A stretch of DNA of 64,000 nt, from positions 3,632 to 67,631 of the forward strand of contig CAXPMI010000009.1 of the NCBI GenBank assembly GCA_964218365.1, written 5' to 3'. Under the pieces are notes generated by a model. That model did not search any database, was not told the DNA's origin, and saw nothing but the letters and a program-made list of their open reading frames with translations. Shown piece by piece: positions 1-10,300 of this stretch (positions are counted from its first letter, which is position 1; the number at the start of each line of letters is the position of its first letter). The translations under genes and the position numbers were made by a program. This DNA comes from Candidatus Poseidoniaceae archaeon. Lineage in GTDB: Archaea > Thermoplasmatota > Poseidoniia > Poseidoniales > Poseidoniaceae.

Positions 1-3000
1 AGATACTAATTGATGATGAAGGAATTTGGTACGTGTCAGGCGGTGCAGTATCATTTCAAAAGCAAAGAGGTGGCTCAAGCCATGAGTGGCAAGTTCCGGA
101 TGGTGGCCTAGTCAACGACGTAACCCTTCTCGAGGATTCATTATTGATTGCACACAGTGATGGTTTAGTTGAGGTATTCACCGATGATGATGAAGACGAA
201 GTTCATCATATCAAAGGAGAAGAAGTAATCGTTGCCGCTCAATTTTCTCAAGATTTACCGGATTTACCAAGCACAATTTTCTCGATGGATTATCTCCAAA
301 ATAATGGCGAGGATTGGATTGCAGTCAGTCATTTGACAGGAAAAGAAGTCTATCGCTATCAACAGGGTGAATGGAATCTTACCGAATTCGAAGGGGAGTG
401 GCTGCATTATGATGGAGAGATGTTAATCGGTTCTCCGACGAATGGATGGGTCACCGAGTCTGGAGTGGAATCTCCCTCATATTCTGCAGTAAAGGGTGGT
501 TTGTTAGTAGAGGAAGGTTCAGTTTACCGTTTCGATGGTACTGCCACTCTAGTCACGGATTTTACCCACGAATGCGATGAAAGAGTGTTCGCAATACAAC
601 CAGGCAGCGAGCAACAGAATGAAGCACTTGTCTGTAGTACTGGCTTTGGAGTGATAATTGATGATGGCAACCTATCACCTCGCTTACCTCTAACGGTTGA
701 CATAGGCGGCTTTGGTATTCTACCTCAGATGTTTTTGGCAACAGATAGTGATCTCTCACCACCGAGTGGAGATATTCTAATCTCTTCGCGCCTTTCTCTG
801 CTCAATCAATCAGAAAACGTTCTGGTCAACGGTTTAGTTCCGTGGGCATATGGAGATACGTTGCCTACAATACTGCAAATAGAAGGAAACATGTCTTCAA
901 TTGATGCTCCTGGTTTAGACGAATTGGAATCAATTATCATCGGATTGATCAATTTAACCGATGCCGAAGAATTAGCCTCTGCATCTGAAGGAGAGCGTAG
1001 CATTCTAGTTGTAAATCAAGGGAATGAATCTCAAATTCTTGAGTGGCTAGATTCAGTCTCAGGTGTAAATTCAATGAATTTGGAACTAGTTCCTGCGAAA
1101 GAAAACGCACTCGCTGCAGCAGAGGAAGGAGCTGGAGCGTTATCTGCCATGTTCCTAGTATTCGGTTCGTTCACTATAGGTGCTGGATTGCTACTCGTTC
1201 TTACCATTGTAATGATGTTAGCGGAATCAAGGCGAGTGGATGAAGCAATTATTCGCTCGATTGGACTGAAACGTTCCGACATGCGTGCATTGGCGCTCAT
1301 GGAAGGTATGTTCACTTCCTCGATAGCATCCTTGCTGGGTGGGCTGTTCGGATTATTGCTAGCTTGGATAGTTTCTGCTGCATTTAGCAGCGTTTTTGCT
1401 AGTGCTGGTGCAGATGGCATTGCCTATTCATTCAACTTTGAAAGCGTACTAATCGGGATGTCTCTAGGCTTTGTAATCGCAATGCTGACCCTGTGGTTGA
1501 CCGCTTTGTGGACAAGCAAACTGAATATAGTTCAAGCACTACGCAGTATCTCTCCTACGAGAAAACGAGGAATTCCGTGGTGGTTGCTATTGTCGATAAT
1601 TCTGTTCATCGGGGCAGGTGCATTATCCGGTCTTTCGATATTCACGATTGAATCATCGTCTTCGCTCAGATTTGCACTATGGAATATAATGGCATCTTGC
1701 CTAATTATTGGGATAACACCAATTTTCACTTACATAATCCCGCATACCAGAGGATTTTCAATAAGAAATACAAGTCGAAACACAGTTTCCGCAATAGGTA
1801 TACTTCTAGCACTGTGGGCGTTATCTCCTGATTCATGGGCACCAGTGGATTCAGGGATTAAGCCCGATGAAGTGACATTTGCAGTAATGGGTATTATTCA
1901 GGTATTCGCAGGTGTGATGATTTTCACCAGTTTCGCTCCTATGGTAGTTAATTGGATTATTCAGAAATCATTCTTGTCCAAGAAAATTGGGCCAGTGGCT
2001 AAAGTAGCGCTTGCCTATCCTGCTGCAGTACCAGTTAGGACTGCAGTAATCATGGGCATGTTCTCCCTAACCGTATTCAGCGTGATTGTTCTAGCAGGAT
2101 ATTCTGTTCAATTTGAAGAACACTCTTCGGGTTATGTTGAGGATGCAAGTGGGGATTTCGAAATCCTTCTATCCTCCTCTAGACAAATCCCTCTAGAACT
2201 CTCTTCAAACAAATATGAATGGAATTTGACCCATACCGATCCGAATGAAATCGATGCGGTTGGAATTGTGAATCGGGCAGTAGTTTGGGTGGATGATGGA
2301 GAGGATAAAATTGGCTATATTTTGAGAGGTGTCGATGATGGTTTCATCAACCATGGGGGTATACCCCTAGAAGATTGGAATCATGACCTTGGAAGTACAC
2401 AACAAGAAGCTTGGAATTCTTTGAAAACAAACCAAGATATTGTGTTTGTCGATAGTTCATTTGCTTTGATTGACCCTAACACAGGAGAGTCGATTTCAGG
2501 ACTGACACTTCCAATTGGAAAATCAATTTCGCTAATTGATATTTCAAACCCCGGAAATTCCAGAGAAGTGGTGGTTGGAGGCGTCCTCTCTCAGTCTAGT
2601 CAGTTATTCTCACAGGGCATATGGATGAACGGTGAAATCGTCGATGAACAATACGGCGGGGTGCCCACTAGAATTTACGTTTCTCATGAGCCTGGAGACT
2701 CATCAAGTCTACTGGAAAAATCACTTTCAAAAGACCTGGCTGGAGATGGAGTTTACACCTCTGTGATTGAAGATGAAATATTAGTTATTCTTGGATTGAT
2801 TTTTGCCATTCTGGCAATTTTCCAAGCATATCTTGCTCTAGGTTTGATTGTCGGAATTGCAGGAATTGGTGTTGTCACCTATAGGTCGGTTTCCGAAAGG
2901 TCGCAACAAATTGGAATGCTGCGCGCCTTAGGATTTAGGAAATCATCTGTCATGAAAACAATGCTGACCGAGATTTCTTGGGTTTCTCTACTTGGTTTGC

Positions 3001-3206
3001 TTAATGGGGCATTGGTGGCCCTAGCTTTCCACGTTGCATTACATCGGACATTTTGGGAAGAACAGGGTGCAGATCTAATCCTTCCTTGGTTTGAGGTGAC
3101 TGCAGTGGTGTTAGGGGGGTGGATTCTAGTTTTGGTAGCCACAATAATACCTGTAAGAAAAGCTACACAAATTACGCCTTCAGAAGCACTATCTTCTCCG
3201 GACTGA
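1..3206 (+). CDS. FtsX/MacB-type ABC transporter permease with two FtsX modules and large extracytoplasmic domains (5' end outside window)
   Basis: The frame stays open from base 3 to the window edge, so ORF 33..3206 is N-terminally truncated. Two FtsX-type signatures are present: 'ESRRVDEAIIRSIGLKRSDMRALALMEGMF' and 'ERSQQIGMLRALGFRKSSVMKTMLTEISWV'. Each is followed by hydrophobic helices, and a ~400-aa soluble region lies between the modules. Confidence 0.75.
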   Translation, partial: ILIDDEGIWYVSGGAVSFQKQRGGSSHEWQVPDGGLVNDVTLLEDSLLIAHSDGLVEVFTDDDEDEVHHIKGEEVIVAAQFSQDLPDLPSTIFSMDYLQNNGEDWIAVSHLTGKEVYRYQQGEWNLTEFEGEWLHYDGEMLIGSPTNGWVTESGVESPSYSAVKGGLLVEEGSVYRFDGTATLVTDFTHECDERVFAIQPGSEQQNEALVCSTGFGVIIDDGNLSPRLPLTVDIGGFGILPQMFLATDSDLSPPSGDILISSRLSLLNQSENVLVNGLVPWAYGDTLPTILQIEGNMSSIDAPGLDELESIIIGLINLTDAEELASASEGERSILVVNQGNESQILEWLDSVSGVNSMNLELVPAKENALAAAEEGAGALSAMFLVFGSFTIGAGLLLVLTIVMMLAESRRVDEAIIRSIGLKRSDMRALALMEGMFTSSIASLLGGLFGLLLAWIVSAAFSSVFASAGADGIAYSFNFESVLIGMSLGFVIAMLTLWLTALWTSKLNIVQALRSISPTRKRGIPWWLLLSIILFIGAGALSGLSIFTIESSSSLRFALWNIMASCLIIGITPIFTYIIPHTRGFSIRNTSRNTVSAIGILLALWALSPDSWAPVDSGIKPDEVTFAVMGIIQVFAGVMIFTSFAPMVVNWIIQKSFLSKKIGPVAKVALAYPAAVPVRTAVIMGMFSLTVFSVIVLAGYSVQFEEHSSGYVEDASGDFEILLSSSRQIPLELSSNKYEWNLTHTDPNEIDAVGIVNRAVVWVDDGEDKIGYILRGVDDGFINHGGIPLEDWNHDLGSTQQEAWNSLKTNQDIVFVDSSFALIDPNTGESISGLTLPIGKSISLIDISNPGNSREVVVGGVLSQSSQLFSQGIWMNGEIVDEQYGGVPTRIYVSHEPGDSSSLLEKSLSKDLAGDGVYTSVIEDEILVILGLIFAILAIFQAYLALGLIVGIAGIGVVTYRSVSERSQQIGMLRALGFRKSSVMKTMLTEISWVSLLGLLNGALVALAFHVALHRTFWEEQGADLILPWFEVTAVVLGGWILVLVATIIPVRKATQITPSEALSSPD

Positions 3207-3434
3207 GATTTTTCGATATTATCTTCAAAAAAAGATAGAATAAACAAATACATTGTACCAATGATCGAATATTGCTTAGAAATCATCGCCAAATTATGAT
3301 AGAATCGGATTGCTGCGAGCAATTTATAACCTCATTATTTCGTTGGTTGGTAAGTTAGTGTTATCTATCATTTTTGCCAACCCATAAATACCGTATATGG
3401 CGTCGGAGGTCATACCGACCCCAATTTGGAGGAG

Positions 3435-6400
3435 ATGACAATGAGCAAGTTAACCCCAATTATTTTGGCAGCAATCATGCTTGCTAGCACCTCGCTAGTA
3501 GCACTTGATTGGGCTGAATTAGAAGAAAAGAAAATGACAGAAGCAGATGGCCGAACCGGTGCAGACGCTAGTGTTGAAATCCTGTCTCCTAGACAGACAA
3601 CAGTAGATCTGAACGGTGAGAAAACACACACACTCGATGCAGGTGAAGAAACCGAATTCGAATTGTACGTAAAAAACATTGGAGATGTAGACATTGAAGA
3701 AATGGGTATTTCTCTTACCATCTATCTAGATGAAAACGGTGCAAGAGGTCCTATTGCTAAAGATTTAGCAGGAAATGACCTGCACTGGACTAACGGCGAC
3801 GTAGTGTGCGATGACACATTTGTATGCCCATGGTCAACTCTAGCAGCAAATGAGACTTTGAACAACGGTAAATACACATATGCTTACCAAGGTTCAACCG
3901 TTACATGGGCTCCAACCACTGGAGACTATCAGGTTGTAGTATCTCTTGATGCGCTTGGAGATGTAGACGTTGGAAACGATGAATGGGTCACAAAGGTCTC
4001 TGTTGTAGACTGGACTGACATCATTGTTGACCTATCCTGGGACTCAGGAAAGGAAACAGAAGGTGGTAGTGAGCCAAAGGCATTCACGCTAGCTGTTTCA
4101 ACTGGTGGTTCCACTTCCTGGTCTGCTAGGTCAGTTGTACTAGAGATGACTGTCGAAGGTACGTTGAGCGAAGCACAAAGTGGTGGCATGGACATTATGG
4201 GAACCAACGATGTCACAGACATCGGCGTTGGAGGCGACACAAGAGTGTTCCAGCACCAAGAAGATGATACCAACTTCACCAACGATACACGATATGTTAT
4301 CGATTTCGAAGACACTGCAGAATGGTATGGTTCAGTTACACCTGATGCTTCTGGTGGAAGCGGTGACTACTCAATATCCGTTGTTGTAAAGAGCTACGTG
4401 GTTTACGGACAACTTCCAGATTGTGAAGAAACAGTAGCGGCTAACACTACAGGTAACAACAGTGATCCAAACGCAACTGAAGAAGACATCACATACTTGC
4501 ACTTCTGTGAAGTTACATTCTACGCAGACGCTGACGCTGCAACAAGTGAGGATTTACTAGAGGGTACAATAGCAACATTCCACGACATTGGCGTATCTAC
4601 CTTGGTTATCAATCAAGGATACGTAGTTGACGAGAATGATCAGCCAATTAACATGCCAACGATGCCAGGAATGGTAGAAGGGCCTCTGAATCCTGCTTGG
4701 TCAAGTATTCAAGCATCAGTTAGGCACTTGGGAAGCGACTTGACTGTAACATACGACTGGGAAGTAACATTCGACGTCGAAAACACAGTTACAGGAATAA
4801 CTTCAACCCTAACCGCAGATTCCTGTACATTTGGAACAGGATTTGAGTATGTTCACGCAGAACTCGGTGATGACATGGGGCAAGGCGGTGCTTTCCCATC
4901 CGGTGAGGCTTGTGTAATGTACAACTTCGCACCTGGTATTTACACAATTACCGCAACTGTTGCTATGGTCAACGGCGAGGTTGGACAGGAAGATCAGTCT
5001 GCTAGAAACGATGACATGAGCATTTACGAGATATCTGCTCTCAACAACAGACCTTCCGTCTCTTTAACCGTGCAGGAAGAAGAGTTCTCAATAGTAATGA
5101 GTCCAGATAGTACAATCACTCTTGAGGCAGATGCATTCGATGCTGACGATGACACTGGTGAATCTCTGTCCTACGTTTGGACACACCCAGGCATGGACGC
5201 AATCAACGGTACTGTACAGCCTTCTCCATGTAACGGATTTGGCCTAGCATTCGCTACATGTGTGCTGACACCATTCAACACCGATTGGGCGGGAGTTAAC
5301 TCCTACTCCGTTGAGGTGTTTGATGAGCACGGCTCTTCTGACATGGACTTCATGAACATCTTCGTTTGGAACCAAGTAATTGCTACAGCAACGACTGCAA
5401 GCGGAGTAACTATGGATTACAACTTAACATATGATGGCGCTAACGAATTTACCGTTACACTTGTCGACAGTGATGCTGAATACACACAAGATCTGACAGA
5501 GTTTGGTTACGCAGGAGAATACACAACAGTTGCAGTAATGGATTACACACCATCTACAACATATTTGCCTGAGGACGTCTATGAACAAGAGATAATCATG
5601 ACTTACGATGCTAGCACTTTGTCACCAACAGGAGTATTCTGGGTTAGCACAAACGGTGCATGGGCTCAGCTTGATGCATACATTGAGGCTGCAGGCAGTT
5701 CAGGTACAATTACCATCGACATGGGAGAAGGAAATCAAGTCCTATCTCAAGGTGAGATAGTATTGATGGGTGGCGAGCTACAGGTAATCGAGATACCAAA
5801 CGCACACCCGATGGATTTGACTGTAGTGGCACAAAAGGGCGGTACTATCGCCGCATCTTGGTCTTACATGGGTAACACAGTTCCAGGAACAGACTGGTTG
5901 GAAATGGAAATCTGTGATTCTGCAATGGTTTGTACTACAACTATGGAGAACACCACACTCGTGGCTCACTCAATGAGTGGACAAACTGACACAACTCACG
6001 GCGAAACCTACACCTACACGCTAAAGGTATGCAACATCGGTGGTTGCAACCCAACAATCGCTACAGGCTCTGCAACTGCAGATAAGATGGTAGATGGTTC
6101 CCCAACAGCAACTGGAATGTCTGTTGGACCTGCGGCTGCAGGTAACGCATGGACTGTCAAGTGGGATGCATCTGGCGACACTTCAGACGTTGCTGGTTGG
6201 AAGGTCTGCTACGCAGATTACAGCTGGGACAGCTCAGGTTCAATGCCAACAACAGATTGTGTTGACGCAGGTTCTGCTACAACAGTGGATATTAACCACC
6301 CTGCAGGAACTGGAACCAAGACCTACTACTTCGCAGCAGTAGCTTATGATGACAAAAACAACATGGAAAACGCTCTGCCAGGTACTGATATCAGGCTAAC

Positions 6401-6614
6401 TCACAGCACAGTTGTTGACGACCCTTGTGAAGTCAACCCTGACAGTGAAGAATGTGCTGCTATTGGCGGTACCGGTGACAGCGCAGACAGCGGTGAAGTC
6501 CCAACTTGGACATGGGGAGTAATCATCGGTCTAGTTGTGGTCGCATTTGTAGTCGGAGCTTTCATCCTCTCCCGTGGCGGAGATGGTGACGACGGCAAGG
6601 ATTGGGATTACTGA
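3435..6614 (+). CDS. Secreted, C-terminally membrane-anchored acidic surface protein (Ig/FN3-like repeats)
   Basis: GGAGG at 3428-3432 precedes ATGs at 3435 and 3441. There is a Sec-type signal 'MSKLTPIILAAIMLASTSLVALDWA'. The body is D/E/T-rich and beta-rich, with FN3-like segments near the C-terminus. The terminal TM is 'WTWGVIIGLVVVAFVVGAFIL' with a short charged tail. Confidence 0.7.
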   Translation: MTMSKLTPIILAAIMLASTSLVALDWAELEEKKMTEADGRTGADASVEILSPRQTTVDLNGEKTHTLDAGEETEFELYVKNIGDVDIEEMGISLTIYLDENGARGPIAKDLAGNDLHWTNGDVVCDDTFVCPWSTLAANETLNNGKYTYAYQGSTVTWAPTTGDYQVVVSLDALGDVDVGNDEWVTKVSVVDWTDIIVDLSWDSGKETEGGSEPKAFTLAVSTGGSTSWSARSVVLEMTVEGTLSEAQSGGMDIMGTNDVTDIGVGGDTRVFQHQEDDTNFTNDTRYVIDFEDTAEWYGSVTPDASGGSGDYSISVVVKSYVVYGQLPDCEETVAANTTGNNSDPNATEEDITYLHFCEVTFYADADAATSEDLLEGTIATFHDIGVSTLVINQGYVVDENDQPINMPTMPGMVEGPLNPAWSSIQASVRHLGSDLTVTYDWEVTFDVENTVTGITSTLTADSCTFGTGFEYVHAELGDDMGQGGAFPSGEACVMYNFAPGIYTITATVAMVNGEVGQEDQSARNDDMSIYEISALNNRPSVSLTVQEEEFSIVMSPDSTITLEADAFDADDDTGESLSYVWTHPGMDAINGTVQPSPCNGFGLAFATCVLTPFNTDWAGVNSYSVEVFDEHGSSDMDFMNIFVWNQVIATATTASGVTMDYNLTYDGANEFTVTLVDSDAEYTQDLTEFGYAGEYTTVAVMDYTPSTTYLPEDVYEQEIIMTYDASTLSPTGVFWVSTNGAWAQLDAYIEAAGSSGTITIDMGEGNQVLSQGEIVLMGGELQVIEIPNAHPMDLTVVAQKGGTIAASWSYMGNTVPGTDWLEMEICDSAMVCTTTMENTTLVAHSMSGQTDTTHGETYTYTLKVCNIGGCNPTIATGSATADKMVDGSPTATGMSVGPAAAGNAWTVKWDASGDTSDVAGWKVCYADYSWDSSGSMPTTDCVDAGSATTVDINHPAGTGTKTYYFAAVAYDDKNNMENALPGTDIRLTHSTVVDDPCEVNPDSEECAAIGGTGDSADSGEVPTWTWGVIIGLVVVAFVVGAFILSRGGDGDDGKDWDY

Positions 6615-6660
6615 TCCTTAGTTTGCAAGAACCAAGCATACGGTGTCAACCACCGAGGCT

Positions 6661-6692
6661 GCCATGAGGGGCGGTTCGCCGCTCCTCATGGC
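6661..6692 (+). terminator. 14-bp stem hairpin with UUCG loop followed by a pyrimidine/T-rich tract
   Basis: GCCATGAGGGGCGG-TTCG-CCGCTCCTCATGGC (one G:U pair) lies 47 nt after the stop of 3435..6614. It is followed by tccccttctttctcttattctc. Confidence 0.45.
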
Positions 6693-7223
6693 TCCCCTTC
6701 TTTCTCTTATTCTCAATCACTGCAACTACTAGATTCGGTGAGAACCAGGTTTCGCTGCTGAAGATTCTAACTCTGCCAAGTTTATCCTCTAAAATCTCAT
6801 CAATTCAATCTAGAATCGTACGGAGAGAAATACTAATTTTTGGCGAATTTTAATACGGTGTAATTTGTAAACTGAATTGGACTTCCACAATCTTCGAAAT
6901 TATGCAATTTTTTGTTATTATTTTGTGGAAAAAATAATTGTAAATCTATATTCAATTACTATGTTGATTTATTGGGGTGGTTGGAATACAATATTGGAAT
7001 GCAATTCAGTGGCCTTTCTAGAGTTATTGTGTAAAGATAAATCGATGAACTGAGTTTGATAATTTCCTCGTGGGATTTTTGAAATTGAAGGTTCTGTTAA
7101 TCGCAAAAATTGTGACATTATTTCAGTTGATTCCAGTATTCTGTAAAAGGACATGTACCCCAATGCTCATAAGGGATACAATACCTGAGGTGCTCTGCAT
7201 ACAGTCCGTAAGGAGATGATGAC

Positions 7224-7346
7224 GTGATGTTGGGAAACAAAAACACGAATAAAAAGACCGTACTGGGAGGCGCAGGAATTGCAATATTGCTGTGCGCACT
7301 AATGGTTGGTATGACAATGACCAATCTGGTGCCTTCAAGCGCATCC
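7224..7346 (+). other. Sec-type signal peptide of the giant protein
   Basis: A basic N-region (NKNTNKK) is followed by a hydrophobic core (GAGIAILLCALMVGMTM) and an A-x-A-like 'SSASQ' site. Confidence 0.6.
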
Positions 7347-10300
7347 CAGGTAGAAGCCGAACTTGCAGTAGCAAACGAGGAAAGCGAAGATGTCTTCGCT
7401 CTACCAGAGGTCTATGAGCCTGTAAATTATGAATACGATGAAACCTCGGAACTCGAGGGAATGAGGACAATGAACCAGAAGGCTTTCCGCACTGATGACG
7501 GAAAGACCGCTCTGATCACTGCCGCAGAACCATTGCACTACATCAGTGACGTTGGTTCTTGGGAGGAGATTGACCTCAACATCAAGGCAACCGTCGATGG
7601 TTGGGAAGTAACTGAAAGCCTCTACAAGGTTTCTTTTGCTGCTGAATCAGAAAACGGTGTCTCGGTAATTGTCCACGATAACGTGGACCCGATTGTAACT
7701 GGTATTAACCCTACAGTTGTTACAATCGACCAATCCGGGACAATGCTGAAACCTCATCAAACCGCACCTTCATTGAACGAAGTTACAGTCGGTGGAAACG
7801 TCCTGCGATATCCTATCGCTGAAGGATTCGACCTAGACTACACCGTAACAGAAGTTCAGTTGAAGCAGAACTTGGTCGTAAGAGACCGCCCAATTCTGCA
7901 AGAAGATGCTGCCTACTTTGGTGTTACTGAAGAAATGCGCCTGCCAATCGGTTACGGACTATTCCTTGGAGACGACCTACTAGGCGAGGAGATAACCCAG
8001 ACTCAAGAGGAACTGACAATCAGGAACCTTGAGACTGGAGAGGTCCTTGCAATGGTTCCAGCTCCTGTAGTATTTGGTCCAGAAGGTGAAGAGCCTTACC
8101 ACGCTACATTCTTCGTACAGTCCTTTGGTCCAATTGTTGTACTAACAACAGCAGTTGATACCGATTGGCTGATGGAGGAAGATCGCCAGTTCCCATTGGC
8201 AATCGACCCTTCACTGAAGGTAATGCAAACCGGTGGTGGCGACTGTTATTCCTACTACGGATGGTGTTACAACAGCGCATATGGTGACCTGTACAGAAAC
8301 AGCTACAGGATTTACTACATGCCATGGTACAAGTACACATTCGGTGCCAACAACGCTCTACCAACTGGAGCAACTGTTGACCAAATCGATTGGAAGATGT
8401 ACATCAGGTATGGATACTCTTACTCCAGCAACAAGATTACTGCAACAGTCCTAGAGAACTGTGGTACTGCTGGCAGATACATCAACGTGCCAGCAACTGC
8501 AACATGTTCTGGTGCAATCACTCCTTCTCTTCTGTCTGGTTCAGGAACCAGCACTAACGAGAGAAAGTTGGTAAGTTCACTATGGAACTCTGACAAGGTT
8601 GGAGAGTACACTGTAGGTACTGGTTGGAAGACTGCAAACATCTGTAGCAGTTCTGGAACAACCTGTTCCTCTACCACTGGTAACCACAACTATATCATGA
8701 ACGCTATCAGCAATGGTGGCACAATTGGTATGGGTGCAAAGTATACCACTTCTACTACAATCAGACAATACAGTTACAATACTGGAAGCACAAACAGTTA
8801 CCTGCAGATTACCTACTCAGGTGGTACTGACAGCACTCCTCCAAAGGATGGATTTGTGCCTTACACTGGAATAACCTCTTACAAGGAAGGTGCGAGAACA
8901 TTCTTCACAACCTTGACTGACATAAGCGGTATTGACACCACAAGTTCAGGCGCACCGCACCTGTACTATTCTCTAAACAATGGATCCTACACCGCTGTTA
9001 AGTCAACAACAATCGGATCTTGTGGATCTAGTGATACAGAATGTAAGTTCCGTGCTACAACTGCAACAATTTCAACAGGCGACTATGTCAATTACTTCTG
9101 GGCTTTCAGGGACGCATCAGCGACACCCAACAACGCTACAAGTCCAAGCGGTGGCGATGCTGGTAACCCAAGCAGCGCAACCGCTCCAACTAGCCCGTAC
9201 TGGTTCTTTGTTGACGACGCAGCAAATGCTGGCAACGATATGAAGTTCACAGTCTCAACAACAGACGTTAGAGCTTACACATCAAGTTCTGCCGCTGTAA
9301 ACTTTGACCGCCAGATGACTTACTACGAAGACTCCAAGGAATACGTCTTCGAATATGACACATCTGCATGTGGCACAGGTAGCAACTCCTGTTTCTACAC
9401 CTCCACCTCCACGTTCTATGCTAACTGGAGACTGATGTGGACAACAACACCGTCTTCCGGATACAACGGATATGGTGGAACCACTTCAGGTTCAACACAG
9501 TTGACAACTGGAAACGACGGATATCTAACCATCTCCGCTGACGATGGGCCAGGAATGAACCTAATCTTCCTTTATGACTCTACACTAAACGAGTTTGCAA
9601 TGGTTGGTCTAGGAACTGACACTGGTATCGATGAGCCACTAGGCTCCGGAACAAAGGCTAACCAGAGATCAACCTATGGCTCAACAAAGGCTTTCCTAGT
9701 TGACATCCCAGCGAACATCACTGGTACAATGGGTAAGTTCGACTGGAACTCTGTCTACAGCAGTTCTAGAGCGAATTGGATGTGTGTCGGATCAAACGGA
9801 TTCATGTACTTCTTCCGTTCGACCAGTTCCAATCCAGCATGTAACACAGGTTACTACTACACTTACAGTAGTTACTATCGCTGGTCTGGATTCGCTCTAG
9901 GTACAGGTTACTATGGTGTAATGGCAAGTTCTGGTGAAGTCGTGTACAAGGTTGCAAAGGTTGCACCTGAACCGGACGCAACTGCTCCAGAAGTAGACCA
10001 CAGCCCTCTGCGCGATTCTCATTCTAGAGACCGAACATTCACCTTCGGAATCAAGGATGGTGGAGAGCCTCCAACCGGTATCAACACTACAAAGACTGTA
10101 GGCGTTGGACCAACATTCTACTGGAGAGTTACAGACGCTAACGGAACCGTTGGTTCTTGGAGCAGCAAGTTGCTGACTCCTGAAGGCGGCTCTTCTGGTT
10201 GGACTACCTGTGCAGGAGTCGTATCTTGTGATTGGACAACCACTCTTGAAGACATCGAGCGTGGAGCATCTGTAGAATACTACATCACAGTTAAGGATAC

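Noticed and set aside
11-200. TGATGA-type strings as possible C/D-box sRNA boxes (also at about 7216, 31176, 31611 and 48290)
   Set aside because: All of them fall inside coding sequence (Asp/Glu-rich codons) or at start codons. None has a matching downstream CTGA D-box at an appropriate distance in an intergenic context.
7123-7470. A 115-aa minus-strand ORF spanning the start of the giant gene
   Set aside because: It overlaps the signal-peptide-coding region and RBS of the giant ORF in antisense. It is Arg/Leu/Pro-rich and has no supporting features.
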